The translations under genes and the position numbers were made by a program. DNA of 64,000 nucleotides. Origin: Candidatus Micrarchaeota archaeon (GTDB lineage Archaea; Micrarchaeota; Micrarchaeia; Norongarragalinales; SBBD01). A model generated the notes under the pieces. That model was not told the origin of the DNA. It saw only the letters and a list, made by a program, of their open reading frames with translations, and ran no database searches. The stretch's first letter is position 1; each line of letters opens with the position of its first letter. Below, piece by piece: positions 38,051-48,376 of this stretch. The stretch covers positions 913 to 64,912 of the forward strand of contig JAHJQN010000002.1 of NCBI GenBank assembly GCA_018819225.1. The letters run 5' to 3'.

Positions 38051-39121
38051 TTATTTTTCATTGGCTTTGAGCGACTTCAACACGCGTTTATTTGCTCCCG
38101 GGAATGCGAATTTTTTTAGCTCCTTAATTGGTACCCAGCGCGCCTTAATATGCTCCCGGTTGACTTTCGTTTGTCCGCTTAAATACTTGCAATCGAAGAC
38201 GTGCATCGTCATCCGGAAATGCGAGTACGCATGCCGAACGACCACGCGAAGCTTTCCTACCCGAACTCTCACCCGTGTTTCCTCAAGGATCTCGCGCTTG
38301 CACGTCTCTTTCAAGGATTCGCCGGGTTCCTGCTTTCCTCCCGGGAACTCCCACAAGCCCCCTAGCAGCTTCTCGAACGGACGCTGGACAATCAATATTC
38401 GTCCGTGTTTGCGAATGATCCCCGTGACCACGTCATAATGAGGCACCCTCCCTTTTTTTCTCTTGACGGGATAGGCTTCTTGCGTTCCTTCTTTACGTGC
38501 CTTACACTGATTCCTAACGGGGCATTCCTTGCAGCGTGGCCTTCTTGGGGTGCAGACCGTTGCCCCCAAATCCATCATCGCCAAGTTGAATGCGCGCGAC
38601 TCACCCTTTATGACTAACCCTTGGGCCTTCCTTTGAAGCCAGCGCTTGGAAGAGGCTTTTGAAACCTCCTTTCCATATCCATATACGCGTGTGAGCACGC
38701 GCTCCACGTTCCCATCCACTGCCGCGTAATCCTTCCTGTACGCCAGGCTCAACACTGCAGCCTGGACGTATGGCCCTACTCCAGGTAGCTTCATTAATTC
38801 ATGCGCATCCGAAGGCACTTTCCCGCCATGCTTCTGCATCATGATGCCTGCGGCCTTGTGCAAATTCCTCGCTCTCCCATAATATCCCGCGCCTTCCCAA
38901 GCCTTCAATACGTCATTCAGATCCGCGGAAGCCAGCGCTGAAACCGAAGGAAATTTTTTCAAAAATTTGCGGTAAAACGGCCATGCATGTTGCACTTGAG
39001 TTTGCTGTAACAGGATTTCAGACACCCAGATTTCGTACGGATTTTTAGTCGTTCTCCAAGGCATGTTCCGGTAATGTTTTTTGCCCCATTTCAGCAACGG
39101 TTTTGCACTCATTTTTTGCAT
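38051..39121 (-). CDS. mutY: A/G-specific adenine glycosylase with C-terminal NUDIX domain
   Basis: SEILLQQT, GYYGRARNL, LPGVGPY, DGNVERV, Fe-S CTPRRPRCKECPVRNQC, WEFPGGK...REILEET. Confidence 0.93.
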   Translation of the reverse strand: MQKMSAKPLLKWGKKHYRNMPWRTTKNPYEIWVSEILLQQTQVQHAWPFYRKFLKKFPSVSALASADLNDVLKAWEGAGYYGRARNLHKAAGIMMQKHGGKVPSDAHELMKLPGVGPYVQAAVLSLAYRKDYAAVDGNVERVLTRVYGYGKEVSKASSKRWLQRKAQGLVIKGESRAFNLAMMDLGATVCTPRRPRCKECPVRNQCKARKEGTQEAYPVKRKKGRVPHYDVVTGIIRKHGRILIVQRPFEKLLGGLWEFPGGKQEPGESLKETCKREILEETRVRVRVGKLRVVVRHAYSHFRMTMHVFDCKYLSGQTKVNREHIKARWVPIKELKKFAFPGANKRVLKSLKANEK

Positions 39122-39512
39122 GCGAAATCCAATTCTCTGGGGCCTATTATCCTTTTCGCTTGCGAAAACGCCTTGTTCACTAACTGTTCAGGTTATACCT
39201 GTTTGGTATGTAAAAGGGGGGTCAAAGGGGAAAGAAACAGTTAACGATGAGATTGGCCCTCCGGCAGCCTTTGGAGGCCTTTCCAGCTAGCAGGCTCCTG
39301 AAACCGGTTTGAGCAGGGCTTTGGCCTGTTTTTTCAACTTCTTTTTCCCGCCACAACTTTTAGTCATGTGCAAAAAAAGGAATCAATAAAAGACTTGAAA
39401 TGGGGATTAAAAATCGGCAAATAAATCAGTAAAAAAGGGCTCAAAAAACAAGCCGAAAAAAGAAGGATGAAAGAAAAAGAAGCGGGAAAAATGATGTTCA
39501 AAAAAAGGAGCT

Positions 39513-39698
39513 TCAGCCGCACGCGTGGGCTTCGCCTTCCCTGACTTCGCCTTGACACTCGTCGCAGACCATGCGCTTTTCCAGCGGCTCACCATGCTTT
39601 TCGCATCCTTCCGTACCGCACGTTTTTGCACCCTGGTTATACTCTTCTTCAGTCGCTTCCCCGTGGCAGGATCCGGTACAAACGTATTTCGTTGTCAT
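39513..39698 (-). CDS. Small Cys/His-rich metal-binding protein
   Basis: GGTGA RBS; MTTKYVCTGSCHG...CGTEGC...CDEC...HAC. Confidence 0.65.
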   Translation of the reverse strand: MTTKYVCTGSCHGEATEEEYNQGAKTCGTEGCEKHGEPLEKRMVCDECQGEVREGEAHACG

Positions 39699-39804
39699 AT
39701 TCGGTTCACCTTGCAAGCCCTACGGGCCACTTGTTTAATAACGCGGCCTTTAAGAATTCAAGAGTCCCCGAGGGATTTAGACGATTGTCTAAGTCTTTCC
39801 CTCC

Positions 39805-40029
39805 TTACAGTTTTTCCTTTTTGAGTACGGGGAGCGCGGTTTTCGGGCTTTCCACCACGTAATACCCCTTCGGCAGCGGAATGGCCTTGTCCTCCACCTT
39901 ATTGAAAAAGTAGAGCGTCACTTTATGGGATTGCGTTTCGTGAAGCCAGTACGTCTGGTTGTTTTTATTCACGTAACTGAACGCGGAACTTCCGAGCATC
40001 ACGTCCTTCAAAACGCTTAAGACTCCCAT
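39805..40029 (-). CDS. Small hypothetical protein
   Basis: YVNKNNQTYWLH...LYFF...LPKGYYVVESPKTALPVLKK; resembles a small uncharacterised prokaryotic family (recalled, not searched). Confidence 0.65.
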   Translation of the reverse strand: MGVLSVLKDVMLGSSAFSYVNKNNQTYWLHETQSHKVTLYFFNKVEDKAIPLPKGYYVVESPKTALPVLKKEKL

Positions 40030-40123
40030 GGCTTTCTCTCCCAAAAGAGGGTTTGCTGCCATAGCTTTTAAAGGGAACTCGCTCTACCCATTCCATTGGT
40101 TTAAATACCATTTTGGGTTGACC

Positions 40124-43100
40124 GTGGCATTGGGTATTCGTAGAAAGGGGCTACTACTACTTGGAATTTTCGTATTCCTCTCCTTCTCTCTCCCGGTGTC
40201 GGCAGCCGACGAATGGTCCAACAATACGTGGCATTACCGCATGCGCATGGAAATCAATGCCACCTCTTACAATCGAACGAACTGGACGGTTGAAAGAGAT
40301 CTCAACTTCACGTATTTGCTCAACCAGTTGAACGGGACGGGAAGCGCATTCGACAACAACAGCGTCCGCGTTTTCGAATACAACGCGTCGGGGGGCTTGG
40401 TGCGGGAAGTGCCATCGCAATTCGATTTGCTTCCCGGTTATGACAACACGTCGAACGCAATTGGAACGCTCTTGTTCCAGATGAACGGCACCACCTACCA
40501 GAACACAAGTCGCATTTACTACGTCTACTTCGATGAATCGTTCTACGGCGCGAAGCCCGTTCCAAGCTATCCCTCCGCCATCAACTATTCCACTTCAGAA
40601 GACGAATTTTACATCAACAACTCCATGTTGGAAATCGGGGTGGACACGAACCGAAACCAAAATACTTCCGGAATTTTCCGCATCATTGGACGCGAGCCGC
40701 CCTTCAACACCATGTTTGATGTGCCTGCTTCGGGCATGACCGCCGAATACTCGCAATTCTCGGACGGTACGAACAATTTGACCTTCAACTTTTCCGGTAA
40801 CATTTCAGTGGTTCAAGGCCCGGTTCGAACCGCGGTCACGCTCGTCGGCGACGAAATTTATTGGAACGACCCCGAGAATTACACGTATGCCGGCCACATG
40901 GTGAAAACGTACTACTTCTACGCGACTTCCGGCTGGATCAAAGTCCATTTGAATTACACGAATTTGAACGATACGGCGGTCAACAGAAGCTCGACGGACA
41001 GCGGCGCATTGGGATTCGATATTTCGGCCGCGGCCCCGCGAGGATTCAGTTCCACGTATTCCAGCTTCGGAAATCCCGTTGACCCGAATTCGTGGAGTAT
41101 GGCGTATCCTCCCGGATCGTTCATGGAAGTCGGTTTGGTGCATCTCAACGAGTCCGGCACCACGAACTTCTCGATCCGAAATGACTCCACGTACGGACGC
41201 ATCGGAGTCCATTTCAACTATTCGACGGTCGCACCCAACGAATCCATTGCCGATACCGCTTTGATTAAAGTGAATACGTCGGAAGCACGGCTGGCCGCGT
41301 TCCAAGATTTCCGGAACAGTTGGGCGGATCGTGAATCCTACAATGAATCGCTCGAGCGATGGAACGTCACGCTCGAGACGAATACGACGTTCAACTTCTA
41401 CAACCGGAACGAAACCGTCGTCATTAACGCGACCATCCTCTCGGACATCTACAATCTCGCGAGCATGGTCAACGTGAGCATCGACAACGGTACGCCGGGC
41501 GTTCCCGGAGACGATTTCAGCGTCATCCTGTACGACGACGGCACGCACGGCGACGCGGTTTCCGGGGACTTGGTGTTCACGCACAACTTCACGCTCAACG
41601 ATTCCGCGAACATCACGAGCAACTGGACGCTCAATGCCTCCGCATGGGACGCCTCCAACTTATTCCTCGGATTCGACGTCTACAGCTTCAACGTCACCGA
41701 GATTTACAACGTCACGATGACGGTGTTGACTCCTCTCGTGCTCGCCAACAACCCCGTGAACGCCTCTCTCCATGTTCAAAACTACCGGCTTGATACCGTC
41801 ATAACCGGCGCGAGCGTCAGTTGTAACTACACCGTTCAAAACACGTTCGATTTCAATAACGGAACGTACATGGTCACGTTCACCGCTCCCTCGACCCCGA
41901 ATACGGACTATCTCGTGATGTGCAATGCCACGCGAAACGGCAACTATGGGGAAGACGCCGATTCGTTTGCAGTCGACGCCGATAAAACGAACATGAGTAT
42001 TTCAGTGGAACCCGGCGTCTACAACGCGAGCAGCATCACGCAAGCGGACAACGAATCTTACGTATTATTGGTTTACTCGAACAACACCGGCAATGGGACG
42101 GCCGTTCAAGCGAATCTTTCGCTGGCCCTTCCGTCCGGCTGGAGCGCGAATTCGACCCTATTTTCTTGCGGAAACGTGAGTGTTGGAGGAAATTGCTCGG
42201 CCGCTTTCCTCGTCACCATACCCAATGCCACGGGGCCCGGGAATTATTCCATCAACGTTTCGGCGTTGTGGGGTAACCCGGATGCGACGAGCTCCTCCAA
42301 CCTCACGGCCGCCAATGTTTCCGTGCTCTCGAACCCCGTCATGAACCTGTCCGTTTTCTTCTTGTTCGATTACGTGGCTCCGAATGCGGAAAAGATTTTC
42401 GGCTATTTCAACATCTCCTCGCTCGGAAACGACGATCTCAGCAACGTGACGTTCAACGTCTCCAATCTCGACGACTTCACTATTACCTTCGCCCCGCCGA
42501 GTTTCACCAATATTTCTGGCGGCACCAACCAAGCCGTTCAAATCAACGTCACGGCTCCGTTGGGGCAACCCACGGGCAATTATACGGGAACATTAAACGT
42601 GTCCGCGAACAATTCCGGATACATCAATCTCACACTCGTCATTGCGGTTTCGGGAACGAATCTCACGATTTCCATCAATCCCAACAACCACACCACGACC
42701 AACATCACGCAAACGAACAATAACACGTTTGTCCTCGAAGTCAATTCAACGAATCCGGGCAACATGACGGCGTTCGATGCCAACATTTCTCTTTCTCTTC
42801 CAGCCAATTTCACTTCCAACAGCTCGCTGTACTCGTGCGGAAACCTCAACGTTTCCGATAACTGCAGCGCGCAATTCTTCCTCACGGTCTTAGCCGGAAC
42901 GCCTCCCGGAAACGTGTCAGTCAACGCGAGCCTGACCTGGAACAACCCCGAGGCCGGGAATACGTCCAATCAAACTCCGCTCGACGTCACCGTTGCGTCG
43001 AACCCCGTGCTGACGGTCTCTCCCGCGAATCTATCCGCAAATGCCACGCATGGGAATACGACTACGATTGCGAATTTCACGCTCAACAGCACGGGAAACG

Positions 43101-46100
43101 ATGAAGTCCAGAACATCACGTACGCCCTATCCAATTACCCGAACTTCAGCGTGACGCTGATCAACAACGTCTCGAACTTAACGGCGGGCACGAACGTAAC
43201 CATTTCCATCAACGTGTCGGTTCCGTTATTCCATGACCCCGGCGCGACTTCCGGATCATTGTACATGAATTCGACGAACGCGCCCCCTCACAACATGAGT
43301 CTCGAGATCAACGTGTCCGAAGACCGCAGCTGGAGCATGACGCCCACCGAATGCGAGAAAACCGAGAGCCCCGACTTTGGAACGGTTTGTGAAGTATTCA
43401 TCAACAACACGGGTAACACGTACATCAATTTCACCCTGGACCCTCAAAGCGCGAACTTTTCCGAATTGAATATCACGACGCTCAACTTGACCAAATTCGG
43501 AAATTATTTGTTCCTCGCCTCCTACAATGTTACCGGCGAGCCCAAAATCAATTACACGGCGATTTACACGATCAATGTGACGGATGTTAGCGGTTCGCCG
43601 CTCAACCGTTCGCTGACCATTCGCTTGATTCCGTTCGCATCCCTTTCCGTCAATATTTCCGTTATTTCAAACCGGACGGAACAATTGGGTTCCGTTACCG
43701 TTTACGGAAACGTGACGGACGCAAACCTCGTCGGCATCGTCAACATGACGATGAACATCACCGACCCCACTGGAAATACCTCAACGAACAACATGACGCT
43801 CATCAACGTATCCAACAATACGTATCAATTCACGTCCACGTTCCCGAATGTTTCCGGCAACACGATTCACAGAGGGAATTACACGGTCGTCATTACGGCC
43901 ACGGACACGATTTTGGTTCAGGGAAATCAAACCAACTACTTTTTCGTCTACACCCACATCGTGGTCAGCGTGCAAACCCTTTCAAATAATTATTATCCCG
44001 GGGACACCGCGTCCGTTTTCTATCAAGTGCAGGAGGCGGCCAATTCGACGCTGTATCCCGTCAACGCAACGGTTTCCGTGACGAATCCCAATAATATCAC
44101 GTTCTTCAATCAAACGTATGCCGTCGGAACGTCGGGTCTCATTGAACCGCTTCCCACGTTCGTGATCGGAAACGACCAGCCCCTCGGCAATTACACCTTA
44201 TCCGCGTATTCCATTTACGATGATACCAACGTGTCTTTGGTGGTAAACGATACGCAAAATTATACGTTTGAAGTCATCGAATCGGCTCCCAGCAACGTCA
44301 CGTTCAGCGGTTTACTTGCGGAAATCGATGCCGGCGACCTGTGGTACATTGGAGACACGGTCGAGACCGTCGTCTCTGTTTTTGACGTGAACGGAACGCC
44401 TCTGGATCCGGACTCCATGAACCTCACGGTTTTCGCTCCCAACGATACCATCATCTCCAATGCATCACTCGCCAATTTCACGAAATACGGAACGGGGTTG
44501 TACCGTTTTGCTCCCTTTACCGTCTCGACGGAAACGGAATCCGGCGTCTACATCGTGCTCTTGAATGTCAGCAAAGGGAACTTCTCGACGTCCCGTCTAA
44601 CGTATTTCCGTATTGCCTCTTCTCTCACGGCCGACATCGAAACGCAGGTGATCTGGTACCCTAACAGCGTCATGCAGTTCGACGTCGTGGTTCACGCTCT
44701 CGAAGGCTTGCCGTTGGATCCCGACAGCATGAACATCACCGTCTACGATCCTGCGGAGGCCATTTACTTCCAGGCGAACCTCACGAACTTTACGCGCGTC
44801 GGGGAAGGATTCTACATTCTCGAGTACGCGATGCCCATAAACACGGCGACGGGAGATTACCTCGCGTTCTTGAATGTCAGCAAGGGCAACATGCACACCA
44901 ATGCCATCCACCCCTTCCGCGTTTCTTCGGGAGGGCCGTACGACGTACGGTTGGAGATGCTCGAGAACGAAGTGGAACAAGGCGATTATTTGGATTTCCG
45001 CATCGTCGTCGAGAACATGGGCGATGTGTCGCAGGACGTGTTCCTTGAGTACTGGACGGAGGACGCCAGCGAACAAACCTGGTACTTTGCTTCGGAAGCC
45101 GTTTTCGTGGCTTCCGGACAACAACAATCGTTCCTTCGATCCGCGTTCATCTACACGTCCCAACCCGCGGGCTCGTACTTCATGAAAGTGCGCATGTCGT
45201 ACAGCGTCATCCAGCCCCCCATTTTCGCCAACGAAACGTTTTTAGTCACCGGAGCCGATGTGCCGACCACCACTCCGACTCCGCCATCCGGCGGCGGTCC
45301 GCCGACTTCCATTAGCGTCACGCCGACGCCGCCCCCCGGAGATATCTCGGGATCCCCGTCGGCGACGCCTCTCGTGGATCTATCCCAATTAACGATTGTC
45401 TCGGTTCCCGATGAAGTCGTGGTGGAAAGCGGGGATACAAAGTATTTGAAGATCGAGGCGCGAAACGACGGACTCACGGTTCTCCATAATTTGACGCTCT
45501 TGTTTTCCGGGCTTCCGCTTTCCTGGACGGAGATCCGGCCTTCCCAAGTCAACGCGCTCGCGCAGAACGACATTGCGAGTTTCGTGGTCAAAGTCGTGAT
45601 TCCCAAGAGCGAGAAAACCGGCATTAAAAGCGTGCGGGCGCTCGTGGTAGCCGATGAAGCCCAAGACGAAAAACAATTCAATCTCGTGGTGTTTGAATCC
45701 CGCGTTTCCTTAGTGGAATACGAACTGCAGCGCCTGGAAGAACGGTTGCGCAAGCTCGCAAAAAATACCAAGGAAGCCGAGGATGTGGGGAAAGAGGTGA
45801 ATGCGGTTTGGGCGCTCATTGAAGACGCAACCGCCTACAAGAACCTCGCGCAAGAACAATTGCGGCGCGAACAATTGGATGACGCCTTGACGAACACGAA
45901 ACTCGCCACCGTTTCCCTCGCAAAAGCAACGGCTCTTCTTGCCGCGTCCGGTTACCGCCCGCCGCCGTTTGCCGGCATCCCCGTTATTGTGCTCGTCGTG
46001 TCCGTGTTCAGTGCCATTGGTCTCGCATTCCTCATCTTCTTGCTGGCAAAGAAACGCGGTTGGCTGAACAAGAAACTCTCATTGAACGAGGTCATCAAGC

Positions 46101-46312
46101 CATCGTCTCCCGCCCAAGTTCCGCCGCCCACGGATTACAGGGACGTGGAAGGATTGGAGAAAGAAAAGGAGAAAATCCTGCGCGTCCTCAACCTGCTCGA
46201 GGAGGAATTGCATCAGGGCGTGATTTCCCAAACCGCGTACCGGGAACTGAAAAAACGCAATGAACGCAAGCTTCAAGGCCTAGAGAAACAGTTAAAAAAA
46301 GCGAGGTATTGA
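40124..46312 (+). CDS. Large (~2060 aa) membrane-anchored surface glycoprotein with Ig-like repeats
   Basis: Signal peptide after TATA box 40100-40107 (true start likely 40124 or 40130, not 40028); very dense N-x-S/T; LYDDGTHGD motif; internal repeats; PT linker; coiled segment; TM; cytoplasmic tail GVISQTAYRELK. Confidence 0.85.
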   Translation: MALGIRRKGLLLLGIFVFLSFSLPVSAADEWSNNTWHYRMRMEINATSYNRTNWTVERDLNFTYLLNQLNGTGSAFDNNSVRVFEYNASGGLVREVPSQFDLLPGYDNTSNAIGTLLFQMNGTTYQNTSRIYYVYFDESFYGAKPVPSYPSAINYSTSEDEFYINNSMLEIGVDTNRNQNTSGIFRIIGREPPFNTMFDVPASGMTAEYSQFSDGTNNLTFNFSGNISVVQGPVRTAVTLVGDEIYWNDPENYTYAGHMVKTYYFYATSGWIKVHLNYTNLNDTAVNRSSTDSGALGFDISAAAPRGFSSTYSSFGNPVDPNSWSMAYPPGSFMEVGLVHLNESGTTNFSIRNDSTYGRIGVHFNYSTVAPNESIADTALIKVNTSEARLAAFQDFRNSWADRESYNESLERWNVTLETNTTFNFYNRNETVVINATILSDIYNLASMVNVSIDNGTPGVPGDDFSVILYDDGTHGDAVSGDLVFTHNFTLNDSANITSNWTLNASAWDASNLFLGFDVYSFNVTEIYNVTMTVLTPLVLANNPVNASLHVQNYRLDTVITGASVSCNYTVQNTFDFNNGTYMVTFTAPSTPNTDYLVMCNATRNGNYGEDADSFAVDADKTNMSISVEPGVYNASSITQADNESYVLLVYSNNTGNGTAVQANLSLALPSGWSANSTLFSCGNVSVGGNCSAAFLVTIPNATGPGNYSINVSALWGNPDATSSSNLTAANVSVLSNPVMNLSVFFLFDYVAPNAEKIFGYFNISSLGNDDLSNVTFNVSNLDDFTITFAPPSFTNISGGTNQAVQINVTAPLGQPTGNYTGTLNVSANNSGYINLTLVIAVSGTNLTISINPNNHTTTNITQTNNNTFVLEVNSTNPGNMTAFDANISLSLPANFTSNSSLYSCGNLNVSDNCSAQFFLTVLAGTPPGNVSVNASLTWNNPEAGNTSNQTPLDVTVASNPVLTVSPANLSANATHGNTTTIANFTLNSTGNDEVQNITYALSNYPNFSVTLINNVSNLTAGTNVTISINVSVPLFHDPGATSGSLYMNSTNAPPHNMSLEINVSEDRSWSMTPTECEKTESPDFGTVCEVFINNTGNTYINFTLDPQSANFSELNITTLNLTKFGNYLFLASYNVTGEPKINYTAIYTINVTDVSGSPLNRSLTIRLIPFASLSVNISVISNRTEQLGSVTVYGNVTDANLVGIVNMTMNITDPTGNTSTNNMTLINVSNNTYQFTSTFPNVSGNTIHRGNYTVVITATDTILVQGNQTNYFFVYTHIVVSVQTLSNNYYPGDTASVFYQVQEAANSTLYPVNATVSVTNPNNITFFNQTYAVGTSGLIEPLPTFVIGNDQPLGNYTLSAYSIYDDTNVSLVVNDTQNYTFEVIESAPSNVTFSGLLAEIDAGDLWYIGDTVETVVSVFDVNGTPLDPDSMNLTVFAPNDTIISNASLANFTKYGTGLYRFAPFTVSTETESGVYIVLLNVSKGNFSTSRLTYFRIASSLTADIETQVIWYPNSVMQFDVVVHALEGLPLDPDSMNITVYDPAEAIYFQANLTNFTRVGEGFYILEYAMPINTATGDYLAFLNVSKGNMHTNAIHPFRVSSGGPYDVRLEMLENEVEQGDYLDFRIVVENMGDVSQDVFLEYWTEDASEQTWYFASEAVFVASGQQQSFLRSAFIYTSQPAGSYFMKVRMSYSVIQPPIFANETFLVTGADVPTTTPTPPSGGGPPTSISVTPTPPPGDISGSPSATPLVDLSQLTIVSVPDEVVVESGDTKYLKIEARNDGLTVLHNLTLLFSGLPLSWTEIRPSQVNALAQNDIASFVVKVVIPKSEKTGIKSVRALVVADEAQDEKQFNLVVFESRVSLVEYELQRLEERLRKLAKNTKEAEDVGKEVNAVWALIEDATAYKNLAQEQLRREQLDDALTNTKLATVSLAKATALLAASGYRPPPFAGIPVIVLVVSVFSAIGLAFLIFLLAKKRGWLNKKLSLNEVIKPSSPAQVPPPTDYRDVEGLEKEKEKILRVLNLLEEELHQGVISQTAYRELKKRNERKLQGLEKQLKKARY

Positions 46313-46340
46313 TGCGCATGGTTGCAAGGGGTGAAAGGGG

Positions 46341-47141
46341 TTGAGCCGGGTCATCGGCGTCGTCTCCGGCAAAGGGGGAGTCGGTAAGACGACCGTCGTA
46401 GTCAACGTCGGCGCAGCGCTCGCGCACCGTTTCAAGAAGCGCGTGGCCGTAGTCGACTGTAACGTGACGACGTCTCACCTGGGGGTCTCCCTCGGTTTTT
46501 CCTATCTCTCGAAGACGCTTAACCACGTTTTGCGAGGGGAAAGCACGATCCACCAAGCCATTTACGATCATCATTCCGGCATGAAAGTCATTCCGTCGTC
46601 GATGAAACTGAAAGACCTGAAAGGCATTGACTTTGCTCGATTGAAGCCTGCGATTCGCGATCTCGAAAAGTCGTTCGATATCGTCTTGTTGGATGCGGGC
46701 CCGGGTTTGGGTCGGGAGGGCGTGGGCGCGCTCCTGGCGTCGCAAGAACTGCTTTTTGTTTCTCAACCGACGCTTCCCGCGATCATGGATATTGTCCGTT
46801 GTCAGGAAGCGGTCAAAGGAACGGACAAGCCGCATCTCGGCATCGTCTTAAATCTCGTGGAGAATCACGGACATCATCTCACGAAGGAGAACGTCGAAAA
46901 TCTTTCGAGCTTGGAAGTGGTTTCCGTGATTCCGCGTGATGACCGCGTGCCGGAGAGTCTAGCGGCCCAAACCCCGGTCGTGCTCTCGCATCCTCAATCG
47001 CCGGCGGGTCAAGAGCTTTTAGCCTTGGCGGCTCGAATCATCGGAGAACCCGTGCAACGCGTGCCCACGCCTTCGGAACACGTCCGTTCGCGCTTTAAGG
47101 GCGCGTTAAGTTCCATCAACCGCGCCATCGGCATCGACTGA
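46341..47141 (+). CDS. minD: MinD/ParA family ATPase
   Basis: Deviant Walker A SGKGGVGKTT, VVDCN, LLDAGPGLG, amphipathic C-terminus. Confidence 0.88.
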   Translation: MSRVIGVVSGKGGVGKTTVVVNVGAALAHRFKKRVAVVDCNVTTSHLGVSLGFSYLSKTLNHVLRGESTIHQAIYDHHSGMKVIPSSMKLKDLKGIDFARLKPAIRDLEKSFDIVLLDAGPGLGREGVGALLASQELLFVSQPTLPAIMDIVRCQEAVKGTDKPHLGIVLNLVENHGHHLTKENVENLSSLEVVSVIPRDDRVPESLAAQTPVVLSHPQSPAGQELLALAARIIGEPVQRVPTPSEHVRSRFKGALSSINRAIGID

Positions 47142-47209
47142 TTTTTTTACTTAAGCAAATCCGTGTCTTTTTATTTACGCCCAGCCGTTTCCACGTCGGT
47201 GGTATTGAC

Positions 47210-47608
47210 ATGGATGAAAAAAAGTGGTTTGTTTTAGCGATGGTCGCGCTATCCGGTCTCGTTCTCGCGGGTTCCCTCGCGGATTCCGGGGAAATTCCAG
47301 TGCTTCCGGAAGACGACGTCTATTACCGTACGGGAAATGCGTTCCACGACGATTTTCGCCTGGACATCGGCGAGCGCATCGAGTTCCGTTTCCGTAACGA
47401 CGATATCCGCAGCGTGCAACTGATCAACATCACGCCGGAAGGCCAGGCCGAGATTGTCTATGGCTTCGTGAACGGGCACGGCGGCGGCGCCATGGTTTTC
47501 TTTGCGGGCATCGAGGACATGGGGTTTCCCGTCGAGGTCGTCAAGATGACGGAGAACAAGGCGTTATTGGTTATCCCCCACCCCATCACTCAAACATTTC
47601 CCGACTAG
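47210..47608 (+). CDS. Exported hypothetical protein
   Basis: Signal-like MDEKKWFVLAMVALSGLVLAG; acidic beta-rich body. Confidence 0.65.
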   Translation: MDEKKWFVLAMVALSGLVLAGSLADSGEIPVLPEDDVYYRTGNAFHDDFRLDIGERIEFRFRNDDIRSVQLINITPEGQAEIVYGFVNGHGGGAMVFFAGIEDMGFPVEVVKMTENKALLVIPHPITQTFPD

Positions 47609-47628
47609 TTTTTTTTCTCTTTTTTTTT
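47609..47628 (+). terminator. Archaeal oligo-T terminator
   Basis: T8-CTC-T9 directly after the stop codon. Confidence 0.6.
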
Positions 47629-47672
47629 CCCTCGAGGAAAACCATAATAACCTCCCTACTGTATCTCATTTT

Positions 47673-48323
47673 ATGGATTATGCCCAATACGCCGATCCCC
47701 TCGTTTCCTTTGCGTCCACGATTTACGCGTACGGGGATGCCGTGCTGGGGAGCATGGGCATGACCATTGCCGTGCTAGCCATCGGGATGGCAGTCTACGC
47801 GGCGATTGTCGGCACGTTTTACACCTTTCTTTCCCGGCGCGTGTTATTCGATGTCAAGGATCAAAAGAAAACCGGCGTCCTGGGATTCTTATCCAAACTG
47901 ACGGGTATCGTAGGGTTGATCGTCAATTACACGATCATTTTCCCTCTCATCGTATTCATCTGGTTCGTGCTGCTCTCTTCATTCCTTTTCTTCCTTTCCC
48001 GCACGCTCACTCTTGAGACGGTGTTCGTGCTTTCTCTTTCCGTGGTCAGTGCGATCCGCATTCTCGCATATTACAAGCAGGAAATTGCCGTGGATTTATC
48101 GAAAATGTTACCGCTCGCACTGCTGGGAGTGTTGATCGTCGAGCCCACGCTTTTTTCTCAAACGCTTTTCGAGGACCGTCTAATGCAACTCCTTTCCGCG
48201 TTGCCTCGCTTTGCTCCCTTTCTTTTGCTCGTCATCGGTTTGGAATGGACGCTTCGCATTGGTTACGCGGTTTCCAAAATATTCGTTCGCAAGAAAGACG
48301 ACGCATCCTCTCCCTCGGAGTAA
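47673..48323 (+). CDS. Polytopic membrane protein
   Basis: Several hydrophobic helices; RILAYYKQEIAVDLSKMLPLALL. Confidence 0.75.
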   Translation: MDYAQYADPLVSFASTIYAYGDAVLGSMGMTIAVLAIGMAVYAAIVGTFYTFLSRRVLFDVKDQKKTGVLGFLSKLTGIVGLIVNYTIIFPLIVFIWFVLLSSFLFFLSRTLTLETVFVLSLSVVSAIRILAYYKQEIAVDLSKMLPLALLGVLIVEPTLFSQTLFEDRLMQLLSALPRFAPFLLLVIGLEWTLRIGYAVSKIFVRKKDDASSPSE

Positions 48324-48376
48324 CTTTTTTTCCCGCAACGCATACGCTTTAATTCCGTCTTTTCCTTCGTTATTTC

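Noticed and set aside
36030-38119. Long plus-strand ORFs 36030-36746 and 37382-38119
   Set aside because: Antisense to the well-conserved pdhA and lipA.
39122-39512. tRNA, SRP RNA or RNase P RNA in the long intergenic gap
   Set aside because: No cloverleaf/T-loop or recognisable conserved motifs; kept only as an unexplained structured region.
39364-39631. Phe-rich minus-strand ORFs 39364-39558 and 39407-39631
   Set aside because: Products of the A-rich tract; they overlap the better-supported Cys-rich gene.
40805-46835. Long minus-strand ORFs such as 40805-41584, 45151-45819 and 46188-46835
   Set aside because: Antisense artefacts of biased codon use in the surface protein and minD.
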